62,928 nt of DNA, filler included, from Octopus bimaculoides (GCF_001194135.2; 4 parts of 3 records of this genome joined end to end with filler, not necessarily neighbours in it); one strand, 5' to 3'. Positions 37,640-50,311 are shown, counted from the whole stretch's first letter. Made by a program: numbers and translations. Notes: generated from the sequence alone by a model not told the origin.

Positions 37640-37831
37640 CGGACGGGACTGGCATTTTCAAAGCTTACTTTTGTGATGGCATGGCTTTGTCGAGAATTGA
37701 TGACTTTAGTGATTGTAATAGAAGCCTTTTTAAAGCCGCAACACATTCAGTGGGGTAAAAAAACTTACAGAGTTGACTTCAACGGACATACACATCTTGT
37801 ACAAAACAACAGACCAACATTAAATGTGTGA
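37640..37831 (+). CDS. UGCG: Ceramide glucosyltransferase, last coding exon (63 aa + TGA)
   Basis: TTTTTCTCTTCTTCTAG acceptor, phase 0 matching the previous exon. RTGLAFSKLTFVMAWLCRELMTLVIVIEAFLKPQHIQWGKKTYRVDFNGHTHLVQNNRPTLNV* aligns with the recalled human [44 protein letters not shown]. Missed by the ORF track, which shows a different frame. Confidence 0.93.
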   Translation, partial: RTGLAFSKLTFVMAWLCRELMTLVIVIEAFLKPQHIQWGKKTYRVDFNGHTHLVQNNRPTLNV

Positions 37832-40324
37832 CAGTCACATCAACATATAATAAAACAATCATTTCACTGAAGACATGGGGTGGAAAAAAATATTCCAGTC
37901 TCTATAAATTCTTGATTTCACTTTCCATTCAAACTTGTTCCTCAGAATTATGAAGAAACTTCTCGTGTATTTTTTGCGAAGAACGCCATGAGTTTTTGGT
38001 CAAGAATATACAAAGAAACAGAGAAAGAAGGAAGTCATTTTTGTATGCTGAAAAATTTGCTTCATCAAAGGTTCTGCAAGATAGAATCTGTATTTTAGCT
38101 TTTGGTTTGGGGATACAACTTGCATTTATAAATTACAGAGAATGTCTACTATTATACATAAATTAAATATTATATGCACTGAAGGTAATGCAGCAGTGCA
38201 ATTCTCTTTCATTTATCATGTAATTCTCTTCCGCTCTTCATTGAAGTTATTTTCTCTTATTCTTAAAATGGTCAAATATCTGAATCTTCCATCTATTTTT
38301 CAAGGCATCTTTTACATTTTCTGGGGTTTTTTGCTTCCTTTTGGAACTTCAAGAATCCCTAATTTATAAGATTTTTACCAACAAAACTATTTTTAGAAAA
38401 AAGTCTATTTGAAAATAATCTCTTCCTAAGAAAGAGACAGATAGAGTGAGGTGGGGGTCTGTCCTCCCTATTTGAAAGATATATTTAACTTCCTAAGCAA
38501 GTCTTTCCACATCTTGATCATTGACTTTATAAGTCAGATGGAAAGATATCCACATGGCATGCTAATCCTCTTGGATATGACAATGGACAGGATGTGTAAG
38601 AATGATATAATTAATTTGGTGATGGAAGTGTTCTAAGTGGTTATTTAACCTTTTTCATACCAAGCTGCTACCTGAGACCACACTTGGTTCCTTGATACAA
38701 ACTTCTTGTCTTAAGTCATCTGAATAAAAGCTTTCCATCAAATTTTTCATGTGAATTATGTTCCAAATGACCAAGTTATTTAACCAAATTCTTCATTATT
38801 TTCAAAAATAAGTAAAGCAGAAGTAGTCTATTTCAACAGAAATATTGTAATGATAGGGTTAATGAATGAAAGGTCTCTAGGTTGTTCATGTAAAATTATT
38901 TTTATCTCCATGTAAATTATTTTGAAGTAAGTTTTATCATTTATTTTTATGTGTAACATAAAATATTTCACACTTCTAAAGATGGTATGCCAAAGAAATT
39001 AGAATTTTCAAGCTGACTACAGAAAAAATATTTTAACATTATACTATAGCTTGGTCATGAATATAAACATCTACTCTTGCTCAAATTTATTGTGTTTTGG
39101 AAATGTGAGATTTGTAATGACTTTTTTTTTTAACAATGGTAAAATCATCATGTCATAGAAGTAAGCCCTTAGTTTTTTTAAATGATAACTGTTTCAGTGA
39201 TATTGAGTCAACTTTAGTAAACAGAATTAGTTTTGGCAGTTCTACAGTGTGATTGCATCTATCATAATCTAGATCTGTATGAGGACTTGGTCTCCGTACT
39301 GAAAACTAGTGAAACACCGATTAACTAGAGAGTGGCTTGTAAAAGCATAAGTAGCTAAGACAGTAGGGTACTGGATATCCGACTAAGAGGCCAAATTTTA
39401 ACATCTTATTATCAACATTCTGTGGTGTCCATGGTTGATACTTGGCTTTTCATAGTTACACTCACCTAGTTGTAAGGTGATACCTGTCTGGAAGGTACCA
39501 CATCTACCTGTGAGGTGGTTCATAGCTGTGAGGTGGCTCCTAGCTATAAATTAGGTAGAGCTTTAGGTCTTTTTGCTCAATAAACACTCACAACGCCCGG
39601 TCTGGGAATCGAAACTGCGGTCCTACGACCACGAGTCTGCTGGCCTAACCACTGGGCCATTGTGCCTCCATGAAGGTGAATATAACTTACCACTGTATTC
39701 AGTGGTAACAACAGAACTGTCAAATCCACAAGTGTTTTATTAATTTGCTCTACTAAGCGCAATTCCTCTTGTGAGAGAAGTTATGTATAATAGATAAATG
39801 TTCTCTCCAGGAAGTTATTTACCTCAGATATAAAAACTAGTTCTATGTATCTTTGTGATCGAAATGGAGTGAAGGAGGTTATCTTTTAGCCTACTGCTTA
39901 CAATTGTGCCTTGTTGGGTATTTATTTATAGCAAGAAGACTTGAACCATTGAGGACTAAGTGTCTTAGCCAGGGACACAGCATGGCTGATATGACAAAGG
40001 ACATTAACACTTCACTCACTTTGCTTGATAAACTGTAACTTCCATATAAATTGAGGCTAAATGTTAATGAAATTCATAAACGAAGGTGTATTTTTGCCAC
40101 CGCTATTTCCTGCCCTTCCTTCACACAGCTCACATCTGCAAGCAGCGGGAGCACTATCCAACCGAAGAGTGTTTCATGAGCATACATTGTTGACTTAACA
40201 TTTTTCTCTCCCTTGATTGTCTCTTGGAGAAGGATGAACTCCACTAAATTAAACATACCATAATTAGGGGACCATTACATGCCCCTTTTTGCAATTTCAT
40301 TAGATTGAGGGACTTACCTGATTT

Positions 40325-40683
40325 TTACTTTCTCTCTCTCTCTCTGCTTCACTTCTCTCTTTCTCTCTACCTCCATCTTTCCATTTCCTATCTCCCTATA
40401 CTCTCTCTCTCTCTCTACTTCCTCTCTCTCTTTACCTCCTCTCTCTCTTTACCTCCTCTCTCTCTTTACCTCCTCTCTCTCTCTACCTCCTCTCTCTCTA
40501 CCTCCTCTCTCTCTACCTCCTCTCTCTCTCTACCTCCTCTCTCTCTCTACCTCCTCTCTCTCTACCTCCTCTCTCTCTACCTCCTCTCTCTCTACCTCCT
40601 CTCTCTCTATTCCAACTCTTTCTCCACTCCCCCTCTCTCTCCACTCAACCTCTCTCTCTACTCTACCTCTTTCTCCACTCCAC
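40325..40683. repeat. CT-rich minisatellite, unit approximately CTACCTCCTCTCTCT
   Basis: Directly visible; source of the spurious SSLSL/ERE ORFs. Confidence 0.9.
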
Positions 40684-41566
40684 NNNNNNNNNNNNNNNNN
40701 NNNNNNNNNNNNNNNNNNNNNNNNNNNNNNNNNNNNNNNNNNNNNNNNNNNNNNNNNNNNNNNNNNNNNNNNNNNNNNNNNNNNNNNNNNNNNNNNNNNN
40801 NNNNNNNNNNNNNNNNNNNNNNNNNNNNNNNNNNNNNNNNNNNNNNNNNNNNNNNNNNNNNNNNNNNNNNNNNNNNNNNNNNNNNNNNNNNNNNNNNNNN
40901 NNNNNNNNNNNNNNNNNNNNNNNNNNNNNNNNNNNNNNNNNNNNNNNNNNNNNNNNNNNNNNNNNNNNNNNNNNNNNNNNNNNNNNNNNNNNNNNNNNNN
41001 NNNNNNNNNNNNNNNNNNNNNNNNNNNNNNNNNNNNNNNNNNNNNNNNNNNNNNNNNNNNNNNNNNNNNNNNNNNNNNNNNNNNNNNNNNNNNNNNNNNN
41101 NNNNNNNNNNNNNNNNNNNNNNNNNNNNNNNNNNNNNNNNNNNNNNNNNNNNNNNNNNNNNNNNNNNNNNNNNNNNNNNNNNNNNNNNNNNNNNNNNNNN
41201 NNNNNNNNNNNNNNNNNNNNNNNNNNNNNNNNNNNNNNNNNNNNNNNNNNNNNNNNNNNNNNNNNNNNNNNNNNNNNNNNNNNNNNNNNNNNNNNNNNNN
41301 NNNNNNNNNNNNNNNNNNNNNNNNNNNNNNNNNNNNNNNNNNNNNNNNNNNNNNNNNNNNNNNNNNNNNNNNNNNNNNNNNNNNNNNNNNNNNNNNNNNN
41401 NNNNNNNNNNNNNNNNNNNNNNNNNNNNNNNNNNNNNNNNNNNNNNNNNNNNNNNNNNNNNNNNNNNNNNNNNNNNNNNNNNNNNNNNNNNNNNNNNNNN
41501 NNNNNNNNNNNNNNNNNNNNNNNNNNNNNNNNNNNNNNNNNNNNNNNNNNNNNNNNNNNNNNNNNN

Positions 41567-41618
<52 letters not shown>

Positions 41619-41634
41619 AATATATATACATATA

Positions 41635-41950
41635 GCGTGGCTAGTGGTTAGGGACATTCGGCTCATGATTGTAAGGTCGTGAATTCAATTCCTGGCAACG
41701 CATTGTGTCCTTGAGCAAGACACTTTATTTCACAGTGCTTCAGTCCACTCAGCTGGCAAATATGAGCATTATCTGTATTTCAAAGGGCCGACCTCATCAC
41801 ACTCTGTGTCATGCTGAATCTTCCTGAGAACTACATTAAGGGTACACATGTCTGTGGAGTGCTCAGCCACTTGCATGTTAATTTCATGAGTAAGCTGCTC
41901 TGTTGATCGTATCAGCTGGAACCCTCGTCGTTGAAACCGATGGAGTGCTC
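41635..41950 (+). mobile_element. SINE family C-related copy (head also at 39555-39672 minus; tail at about 11170-11350)
   Basis: tRNA-like head and tail ...GTGTCTGTGGAGTGCTCAGCCACTTG...GGAACCCTCGTCG shared with 50338-50697. Confidence 0.75.
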
Positions 41951-42304
41951 CTATAAGAATTAAACTTCTTATAAGTATTAAAAACTTGTCTCCTCCATTT
42001 TTAACAAAATTGATGGGATATATGGAACTGCATTCCATAAATACATCATACGTTATATACAAGTACTACTTTTGTATCTTCGCAAATTTACACCTGTAAA
42101 CTCCCACCAAACTATGAAGAGTCAACATTAGAAATCGTTTTTTGAAAGCACTCATTACACTCCTGGAGTGGTTGGCATTTGGAAGGGCATCCAGCTGTAG
42201 GAACCATGCCAAATCAGAATGGAACCTGATGTAGCTCTCTGGCTTACTAGTTCCATTCAAACCATGTAACCCATGCCAGCATGGAGAGCGGATGCTAAAT
42301 GATG

Positions 42305-42341
<37 letters not shown>

Positions 42342-43057
42342 ATATGTATGTATAGATATACACACACATATATATGTATATATATATGTATATGTATGTA
42401 TAGTTATACACACACATATATNNNNNNNNNNNNNNNNNNNNNNNNNNNNNNNNNNNNNNNNNNNNNNNNNNNNNNNNNNNNNNNNNNNNNNNNNNNNNNN
42501 NNNNNNNNNNNNNNNNNNNNNNNNNNNNNNNNNNNNNNNNNNNNNNNNNNNNNNNNNNNNNNNNNNNNNNNNNNNNNNNNNNNNNNNNNNNNNNNNNNNN
42601 NNNNNNNNNNNNNNNNNNNNNNNNNNNNNNNNNNNNNNNNNNNNNNNNNNNNNNNNNNNNNNNNNNNNNNNNNNNNNNNNNNNNNNNNNNNNNNNNNNNN
42701 NNNNNNNNNNNNNNNNNNNNNNNNNNNNNNNNNNNNNNNNNNNNNNNNNNNNNNNNNNNNCTTACAGGTTCAGCCACTCCAATAAGTGGCTTCATTAAAA
42801 AAAATAAAAAGTAAACCCAAAACAAAATGATGGGCTTTTTTTGTTTTGTTTTAATTTAATCTGTGATTATTAAAGAAACTGGGAAAAAAATGGTTTATTT
42901 TCCATCTATTTACAAGAACAATGTTTCTTCTCTTTGTGGGTTATTCACTACCATATTTTGGAAAAATAATATTGATTTAAAAAAAAAATTCTTGTAATAT
43001 CAGATTACCTCTTTTCAAAATTTTTGATATTATATGTGTGTGCGTGAGTGTGTGGTG

Positions 43058-43092
<35 letters not shown>

Positions 43093-43182
43093 ATATGTAT
43101 GTATAGATATACACACACATATATATGTATATATATATGTATATGTATGTATAGTTATACACACACATATATGTATATATAC

Positions 43183-43213
<31 letters not shown>

Positions 43214-43295
43214 CACATGTGTGTGTAGTTATACATACACATGTATATATATATATATATATACACACACGTGTGTGTAGTTATACATACACATG

Positions 43296-43331
<36 letters not shown>

Positions 43332-44111
43332 TATATACATATATATGTAGATATATGCATATATATGTAGTTAAAACATATATATATGTATATATACATA
43401 TATGTGTACATATATACGTACGTACATGTGTCTATGTGTATATATACATGCATGTTTATGTGTATGTGTGTCTGTGTATGGTTTGTGCATTGTGATCTGT
43501 GTTTGATAGTTCCGTATGTCGACTGTGTCTGTATGTGTGTATGTATTTTTGTGTGTTTCATGTTCTGTGTAATGTCCACGTGTGTGTGTGTGTGTGTCTA
43601 CCTGTATGTATGTTTATGTGAATGCTTACCATTCTTTACATAAATGCTTCTAGGCTAAATTTCTAAGTGTACATGCCCACCTAAGAGTCTGTATGCATAC
43701 GTCAGTCTATAGCATGTTTGTTAATTATGCTTCTATTTGTAATTCACTTTCGTGTGTGAATTTAAGGCATGTTTCAGAGAAGCTTCTAGTAATATCATTG
43801 TTTGTGCAACTTTAATTAAAAAAACAAACAAACAAAAAAAAACTAACATATTTTTATAAATGTATAAAATAACAATAAAATTAATATTTGTAAATTACTC
43901 CAGAAATGGCCTTACTCTGACTCAACTGGAAAAAAAAATCTTAAAAAATATTTCAGTACAATGTAATGTCAGTGATGATAATAATAATAATAATAATAAT
44001 TTATTCGAACTTTTATTTATTTATTTATTTATTTTTGCTGTTGCTCTTCACTCATTGAATTCTTAATGTTTGCTTGAAACTCAATCTTGTATGTTAGTTA
44101 TTTCTTTTCTT

Positions 44112-44318
44112 CTCTTGGCACGAAGTCCGAAATTTTGGGGGAAGTGGAAAGTTGATTAGATTGACCCCAGTACGCAACTGGTGCTTAAATCTATCGACCC
44201 CGAAAGGATTGAAAGGCAAAGTCGACCTCGGCGGAATTTGTACTCAGAACGTAAAGACAGACGAAATTCCGCAAAGTATTGTGTCCGTCGTGCTAACGTT
44301 TCTGCCAGCTCGTCGCCC
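44112..44318 (-). mobile_element. SINE family B (other reverse copies at about 27440-27640, 30170-30378, 34730-34932, 45092-45292, 48415-48620, 55303-55511, and decayed copies at 11.9-12.9 kb)
   Basis: Shared GGCACAAGGCC...GTCGATTAGATCGACCCCAGT...GGAATTTGAACTCAGAACG...CTGCCAGCTC. Confidence 0.85.
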
Positions 44319-44578
44319 TAATGTTAGTTATTTCTGTTATTTCAATTAATTTAGGATCTCTGTGGTAAAATTATCCGGGACATAAAAAAGACCTGAAAAA
44401 TGAATTTGAAATATTATGTTGTAAAAATTCAATTTCTTTTGCACAAATAAAGAATGGTGAGCTTATTGTATACAATGCTCAGGTGCACACTATAAAGTCA
44501 TCAGGAATGATTAAAAGAGGGGACAGAGAACAGACATAAAAGTCAAGTAAAGAAAGACAGCAATAGAAGCCAAAAGTC

Positions 44579-44787
44579 GAAGGCGGTGAGCTGGCAGAAA
44601 CGTTTGCACGTCGGGCGAAATGCTTAGCGGTATTTCGTCTGCCGTTACGTTTTGAGTTCAAATTCCACTGTGGTCGACCGATTAACTGACCAGTTACACA
44701 CTGGAGTCGATGTAATCGACTTAATCCCTTTGTCTGTCCTTGTTTGTCCCCTCTATGTTTAAACTCCCTGTGGGCAATAAAGAAATA
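44579..44787 (+). mobile_element. SINE family B with a 16-bp TSD
   Basis: AATAGAAGCCAAAAGT (44562-44577) and AATAGAAGCCCAAAGT (44788-44803) flank the copy. Confidence 0.88.
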
Positions 44788-46479
44788 AATAGAAGCCCAA
44801 AGTGCATTTACAGAATTCAGAATAAAACACGAAAAGTCTGAAAAGTGGACAATAAAAGAGCCATAAAGAGGAAAGGGTGAAGTAATGTTTGCGAATTTGG
44901 GGAAAAATGGGATTTTTGAAGGATGCGGTGTTCTGACAGGTAAAAAACTGATGAGGGGGTAGTTTATTCTGTATTTTGAGAATTCTAGGTGTGAAAATAT
45001 GTCTCTGAAAGTCATGGGTGCTGTGCTGTTTATATGCATTATTCATTTCCAGTCTTTCGTGAAAAACCTCACTGACCATGAAGAAATATTCAGGCACAAG
45101 GCCTGAAATTTTTTGGAAGGGTGGCAGTCGATTAGATCAACCCTAGTACGCAACTAGTACTTAATTTATCAACCCCGAAAGGTTGAAAGGCAAAGTCGAC
45201 GTCGACGGAATTTGAACTCAGAACGTTAAAACAGACGAAATACCGCTAAGCATTTCACCCGGTGTGCTAACAATTCTGCCAGCTCGCCACCTTGACCAGG
45301 TTATGAAGAGACTTGCACATTACCTTGTTTAGTGGCAGGTTAGTGTTGAAGACAGGAAGGACATCTTCCTGCAGAAAAACTGCCTCAACGAATTCCGTCT
45401 GACCCATGCAAGCATGGAAAAGTGGATGTGAAAACGACGACGATGTTAGGATATCGATTCCTCCTCCTTGATACATAGATACAAATTGTTGGGAAGAGTT
45501 AAGGTTGGCTGTTATAATTTATCAGTTTGAGAAGAAACGAAAGCAAAGTCGACGCTGATGAGATTTTTAACCGAGAAGGGATATAATTTACTACTACAAT
45601 TCGTTCTGTTCAACTTATTTTTTGTTCTCCAGGGTTAAATAAATTAATTAATGAAGATAATATACTACAAATGGATAGGGAAAGAAATGATCGTGTTGAA
45701 TAGCGTCAGTATTTGATCGGTAGTAATTTTATTGCCTTCAGAAGAATGTAAGTGAATCCGATGAGACTCGAACTAGAACGTAAAGGAATGTAATTAAGTA
45801 TTATACAACATTTAGTCTAGGCTACGATTAACTCTACCACTCCATTTTTGTATGAATAATTGTAATAAAATTGTTGTTGTACTTGGGGATGGTCATATTG
45901 CCAGTTTAGCCAATAAAATTAATATCAGGAAAGACTCAAAATAAAGTGGTACAATTTAAGGGAGATAACTCCAAGAGTTATGTCCCCTAGACTTTCAACT
46001 CTGATCAAGTTTCATGAAAAAGTGAGTTGGAAACCTTTCATTAACTGAAACTATCCAAGGAATTGGTTGAGAGAAACGTTTTCTAAGAATTGTTCGAAAT
46101 CTTTAAAAACACAAGAGCGTGAGCATCTAATTGTTAGAATTGTTGGAGCGACAGAGCAAGTCCCTTGCAACATTTATTTCTGCTCTTAGTTCTGGTCCTG
46201 CCGAGGTCATCTTAGTCTTTCATCCTTTCAGGATCGATAAAAAAAGAAGCTGTCGAAGAAATGGATTGGCAGAACTGTTAAGACGTCGGATCAGACGATT
46301 TGCGATATGTGTTCCGGCTCGTAGCGTTCTGAGCTCAAATCCCTCTATGATACTAACGAAGTCCGTTTTACTGCAAGTATTCGGCAAGGTCTTCTGTTTG
46401 AGGATGTCTTCTTCATTCCCTATTTTCCACCAGCCTTGAAATTTTTTATGAAGAGACTAGCACATTACCTTCTCTCTTA

Positions 46480-47180
46480 AATGTGCATTCATCTGTTCAC
46501 CCAAGATAGCCTCTTTCAGCTTCCATCACGGTCTCAAGTGGATCTGGGGCTTGATGCATGCGTTTCTCACTGTGTCCTTGTGAAGATCTTTGCACAACCT
46601 CTTTGATCTTGGCCACCATCTCGGCCTTGGTGTTGCAGTTAGAGCGGTTGGTGTCTTTATGCCCCTCACATAATAATCCATGGGATTACAATCGGGGCAA
46701 TTAGGAAGCCAGAAATTGTGTCTGGTGAAGTCTTAAAAATTCTTCGACAACCATGTTTCTCCGGAAGTATCGCAAGAAACCAAATCCTACTGCCACACAG
46801 GTGCTGCCTTCCAGCAGCAACCCTCTCCAGCCAGGAATTGACCACAGACTTCAGCAGCTTCACATAGCCATCTGAATCGAGCTGAAGGCCCTGTTCAAAG
46901 ATGTCGGTGTGAATTCCGGCGTGCCAACTCAGAACGCCAACAATATCTTTTCCTGTTGGTGACGGCTTCGTAATCTGTGTTGCAGCTGTCCATTTTATAA
47001 CATTCACGTTTTATAACATTCACAGAGTATTGAGCAGTAGTCATGACGTCAGCATTTTGATACCCGACGCGAATCATCGTGATACAAATAACTTTTCCAA
47101 TATTCAGATGGCTTCTAGTCTTCCATGTCACCTAACTTTTTCTCATACTGTTGACTATTCACCAATGTCTCAAATGTCGT
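46480..47180 (-). mobile_element. Tc1/mariner (maT/DD37D-like) transposase fossil
   Basis: IFEQGLQLDSDGYVKLLKSVVNSWLERVAAGR followed by frameshifted W.PN.PDCNPMDYYV and DTNRSNCNTKAEMVAKIKEV-like sequence. Confidence 0.75.
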
Positions 47181-47320
47181 CATATATATATATATATATA
47201 NNNNNNNNNNNNNNNNNNNNNNNNNNNNNNNNNNNNNNNNNNNNNNNNNNNNNNNNNNNNNNNNNNNNNNNNNNNNNNNNNNNNNNNNNNNNNNTGTGTG
47301 TGTAAATAATTGCAGCGTGG

Positions 47321-47488
47321 AAGCCATTTTAAACACACCGTTAGATTCACTTCAACATTTAAATTTAATTTGTCAAAATATTTTCGTCGCTTTGTTACCG
47401 CGATCTGTGCAACTGACAAAATTCCGTGGTGCACGGAATTTAAATGTTGAAGTGAATCTAACGATTTTTGCGTGTTTTTAAATGGCTT
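47321..47488. mobile_element. Palindromic MITE-like repeat
   Basis: AAGCCATTTTAAACACACCGTTAGATTCACTTCAACATTTAAATT mirrored at 47436-47488; inner hairpin AAATTCCGTG-GTG-CACGGAATTT. Confidence 0.7.
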
Positions 47489-47688
47489 ATAAACACCTAC
47501 CACACAGCAATTGATTTTGTTTCGGCACACGATCTCAGATCAAATCACTTGCTATGCAAGTACATCTCCGTTATATATATATATATATGCATATACATAC
47601 TCATACATACACACTTATACACACGCTCATATATATATACACATATGTGTGTGTATGTGTATGTGTGTGTGTGTAAAATATATATGTA

Positions 47689-48365
47689 CGAGAGTCGGCT
47701 GAAAAGTTCATAGGCAGAGCAAGATACTCTCATGAAATCTAACCAAATGAGGTTTATTTTTCAACATAGTTCCCTTGTGGTCCACACACTTCTTCCGCCG
47801 GTAATGCAGTGTTTGGATCCCTTTAGTAAAGAAGCTTTCGTCCTGTTGGTAAAAAAAGTCATCAACAGTAGATATGACGTCATCATCACTGCAAAACTGG
47901 TTCCCAGCCAGGTGTTGCTTTTTTTTCTTTTTTCATGTTGGAGAAGAGTTGATAGTCAATTGAAGCCAAATTAGGAAAATAAAAATGGTGATCAAATAGT
48001 TCAAAGCCACAGTCACGCACAGCAGCCATTGAAACCAAGGACTTGTGTGTTAGAGCATTGTCCTAATGAAACAAAAACCCTTTCGTCAGTTTTCCAGAGC
48101 GTTTGGTCTTGGTAGCCTTTTGTAACTGCTTCAGAATGTTGGCATAATACTCCGTTAATTGATTTCCTATTTGCTTGACACGTTCACTCAACATTCAATA
48201 TCGGTATTTTCAACTCTTATTGCAAATGGCTTCTTCAGTTGATCAACCACCTATTATCCATCAGCATTTGGTGAACACGATCAATGTTTTCCTCAGTTGT
48301 GGTAGTTGCAGGATGTCCAGACCTTGGGTCACCTTCAAGACTCTTCCTTTCCCTCCTTCACTCAG
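47689..48365 (-). mobile_element. Mariner fossil, internally deleted, same family as 15470-16298
   Basis: TA-CGAGAGTCGGCTGAAAAGTTCATAGG TIR; the reverse strand matches the transposase C-terminus seen at 16.1-16.25 kb. Confidence 0.82.
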
Positions 48366-49136
48366 CTGCGCACGTTTGCATTAATTATAAAGCTGGAACG
48401 TCATCCCCTAATCTTTTTTACTCTAGGCATAAGGCCCGAAATTTTGGGGGAGGGGACCAGTCGATTAGACCTACCCCAGTACGCAACTGGTACTTAATTT
48501 ATCGACTCCCAAAAGGATAAAAAGCAAAGTCAACCTCGGCGGAATTTGAACTCAGAACGTAAAGACAGACGAAATATCCCTAAGCATTTCGCCCGGCGTG
48601 CTAACGTTTCTGCCAGCAGCCCAAATGTAGCAACCATGTCTATAGGAATGTTCTTGTGAGGTAAAGGCTTTTCTGCTAGTACTAGAAATTTTGTCTATTT
48701 TCAAGAGAAGTCGCTACTAGCTATTTTTAAAGTCAAATGTCAGTTTATCTGGAAAGAAGCAATGCAGATATTAATGAGAAGGGTTGAAATATATGCTAGA
48801 TTTCACAGCTCTAGCATCACTCCTTCATAGTCAGACTATGTTGTTTTCAATTCGCCGTCGTATGTGTATGTATATATGTATGTTTGTGTGCGTGTGTGTA
48901 TAATATATGTATAATATATATATATAAAAAGGCATACACACACACATACATGTGTGTATCTTTAATAATAGTATGTGGATTAAAGATTCCTCAGCCTGAC
49001 GAGATAGGTTCAATGTGCGAGCCAACGAAAGTTTAAGTTGCATGGAACCTAATCCAACTGTTATTAAATAAATGTTATATGTAACTCCTACCGAATGTGT
49101 CGATCGCTACTTTCTTTCGATTGTCCATTTACTCGT

Positions 49137-49186
<50 letters not shown>

Positions 49187-49249
49187 ACACTCATACGCAC
49201 ATATATATGTATATACAAACGTGTGTGTGTGTGTCTGTATAATGGTTGC

Positions 49250-49824
49250 GGATCTATTTTAAAACGGGAGCCACATTTTTCATTAATGTTTTACGTAGTG
49301 TTTTTGGTACGGAAAGACTTTCAAACTTCGTATACTTATCTATTTTGTGTTATAGAACAGAAAAATATTTTTGTATTCGAATTTATTTCATGTAAAAAAT
49401 TGTCTTATTTCGATAATTTCAACCAATCACTGACAAGTATTCAGTTGTTTATATTTACTCCTTTGGCTGATTAAGCGATGTAAAGCGTATTTAATCTCCA
49501 TACCTTCGTTTTATTTGCTTTTTTCATTTTAAATTTGCTTTAACCCTAACCCTAACCCTAGGGTTAGGGTTAGGGTTAGGGTTAATTGTTTCAGAATCGT
49601 TTGTTTATGTAGTCGGCACTTAATCTATATCGGCTAAATGGACGTCAGTGATTGGTTGAAATTACAGAAATACGACAACTTTAACATGGAATAAGTTATG
49701 GATTTCTTTTTTTTTTAAAGAAGACTAAGAGAAAAAGATGTTTTATATGACACATTCTACCAGTGCTCCAAGTTTCAAAGTGTTTCGTTAATGAAAAATG
49801 TGGCCCCCGTTTTAAAAAAGATCC
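49250..49824. mobile_element. Complete MITE (Merlin-like?) with 8-bp TSD and central telomeric palindrome
   Basis: TIRs GGATCTATTTTAAAACGGGAGCCACATTTTTCATTAA / TTAATGAAAAATGTGGCCCCCGTTTTAAAAAAGATCC; TSD ATGGTTGC at 49242-49249 and 49825-49832; (TAACCC)3-TA-(GGGTTA)4 at 49541-49584. Confidence 0.9.
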
Positions 49825-50004
49825 ATGGTTGCACTCCGACGAACGACCAGAGTAACAGGTCACTAGGCCAGTATAAATGCTTTCCTGCAATCTCCATTTG
49901 TATTGAGTATTCTAGTTCGCTACCTAGCAGTGGAAGTCTATGCGTGTGCACATGTGTACGTGTGTGTGTGTGTGTACACATACTCCCAGCCACTCACATA
50001 CGAG

Positions 50005-50058
<54 letters not shown>

Positions 50059-50311
50059 AAGAAAGAGAGAGAGAGATGTATTGGTACTAATTATGACTAC
50101 CAACGTTATGGCTCACAGGAAATTAACTAAGAGGAGTGCTGTACACAAACTATAAATATGCTAGAGTTTCACTTGCATAGTGAATAAAAAGAAAACCCAT
50201 ATCAATGGAAATTATCCCAATAATTAGTAAACAGAAACTTCCAGTCGTGTTTAAAAAAGAACATTAAAAAAAACCCCCGATAAACAAGCAAGGGAGATAA
50301 TTTGAATACAA

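Noticed and set aside
37715-37740. Histone-type 3' stem-loop look-alike (GAAGCCTTTTTAAAGCC)
   Set aside because: The arms do not pair and the sequence is UGCG coding DNA.
37474-37758. 94-aa ORF from the track overlapping UGCG
   Set aside because: Wrong frame and starts in the intron; the UGCG-matching frame begins at 37640.
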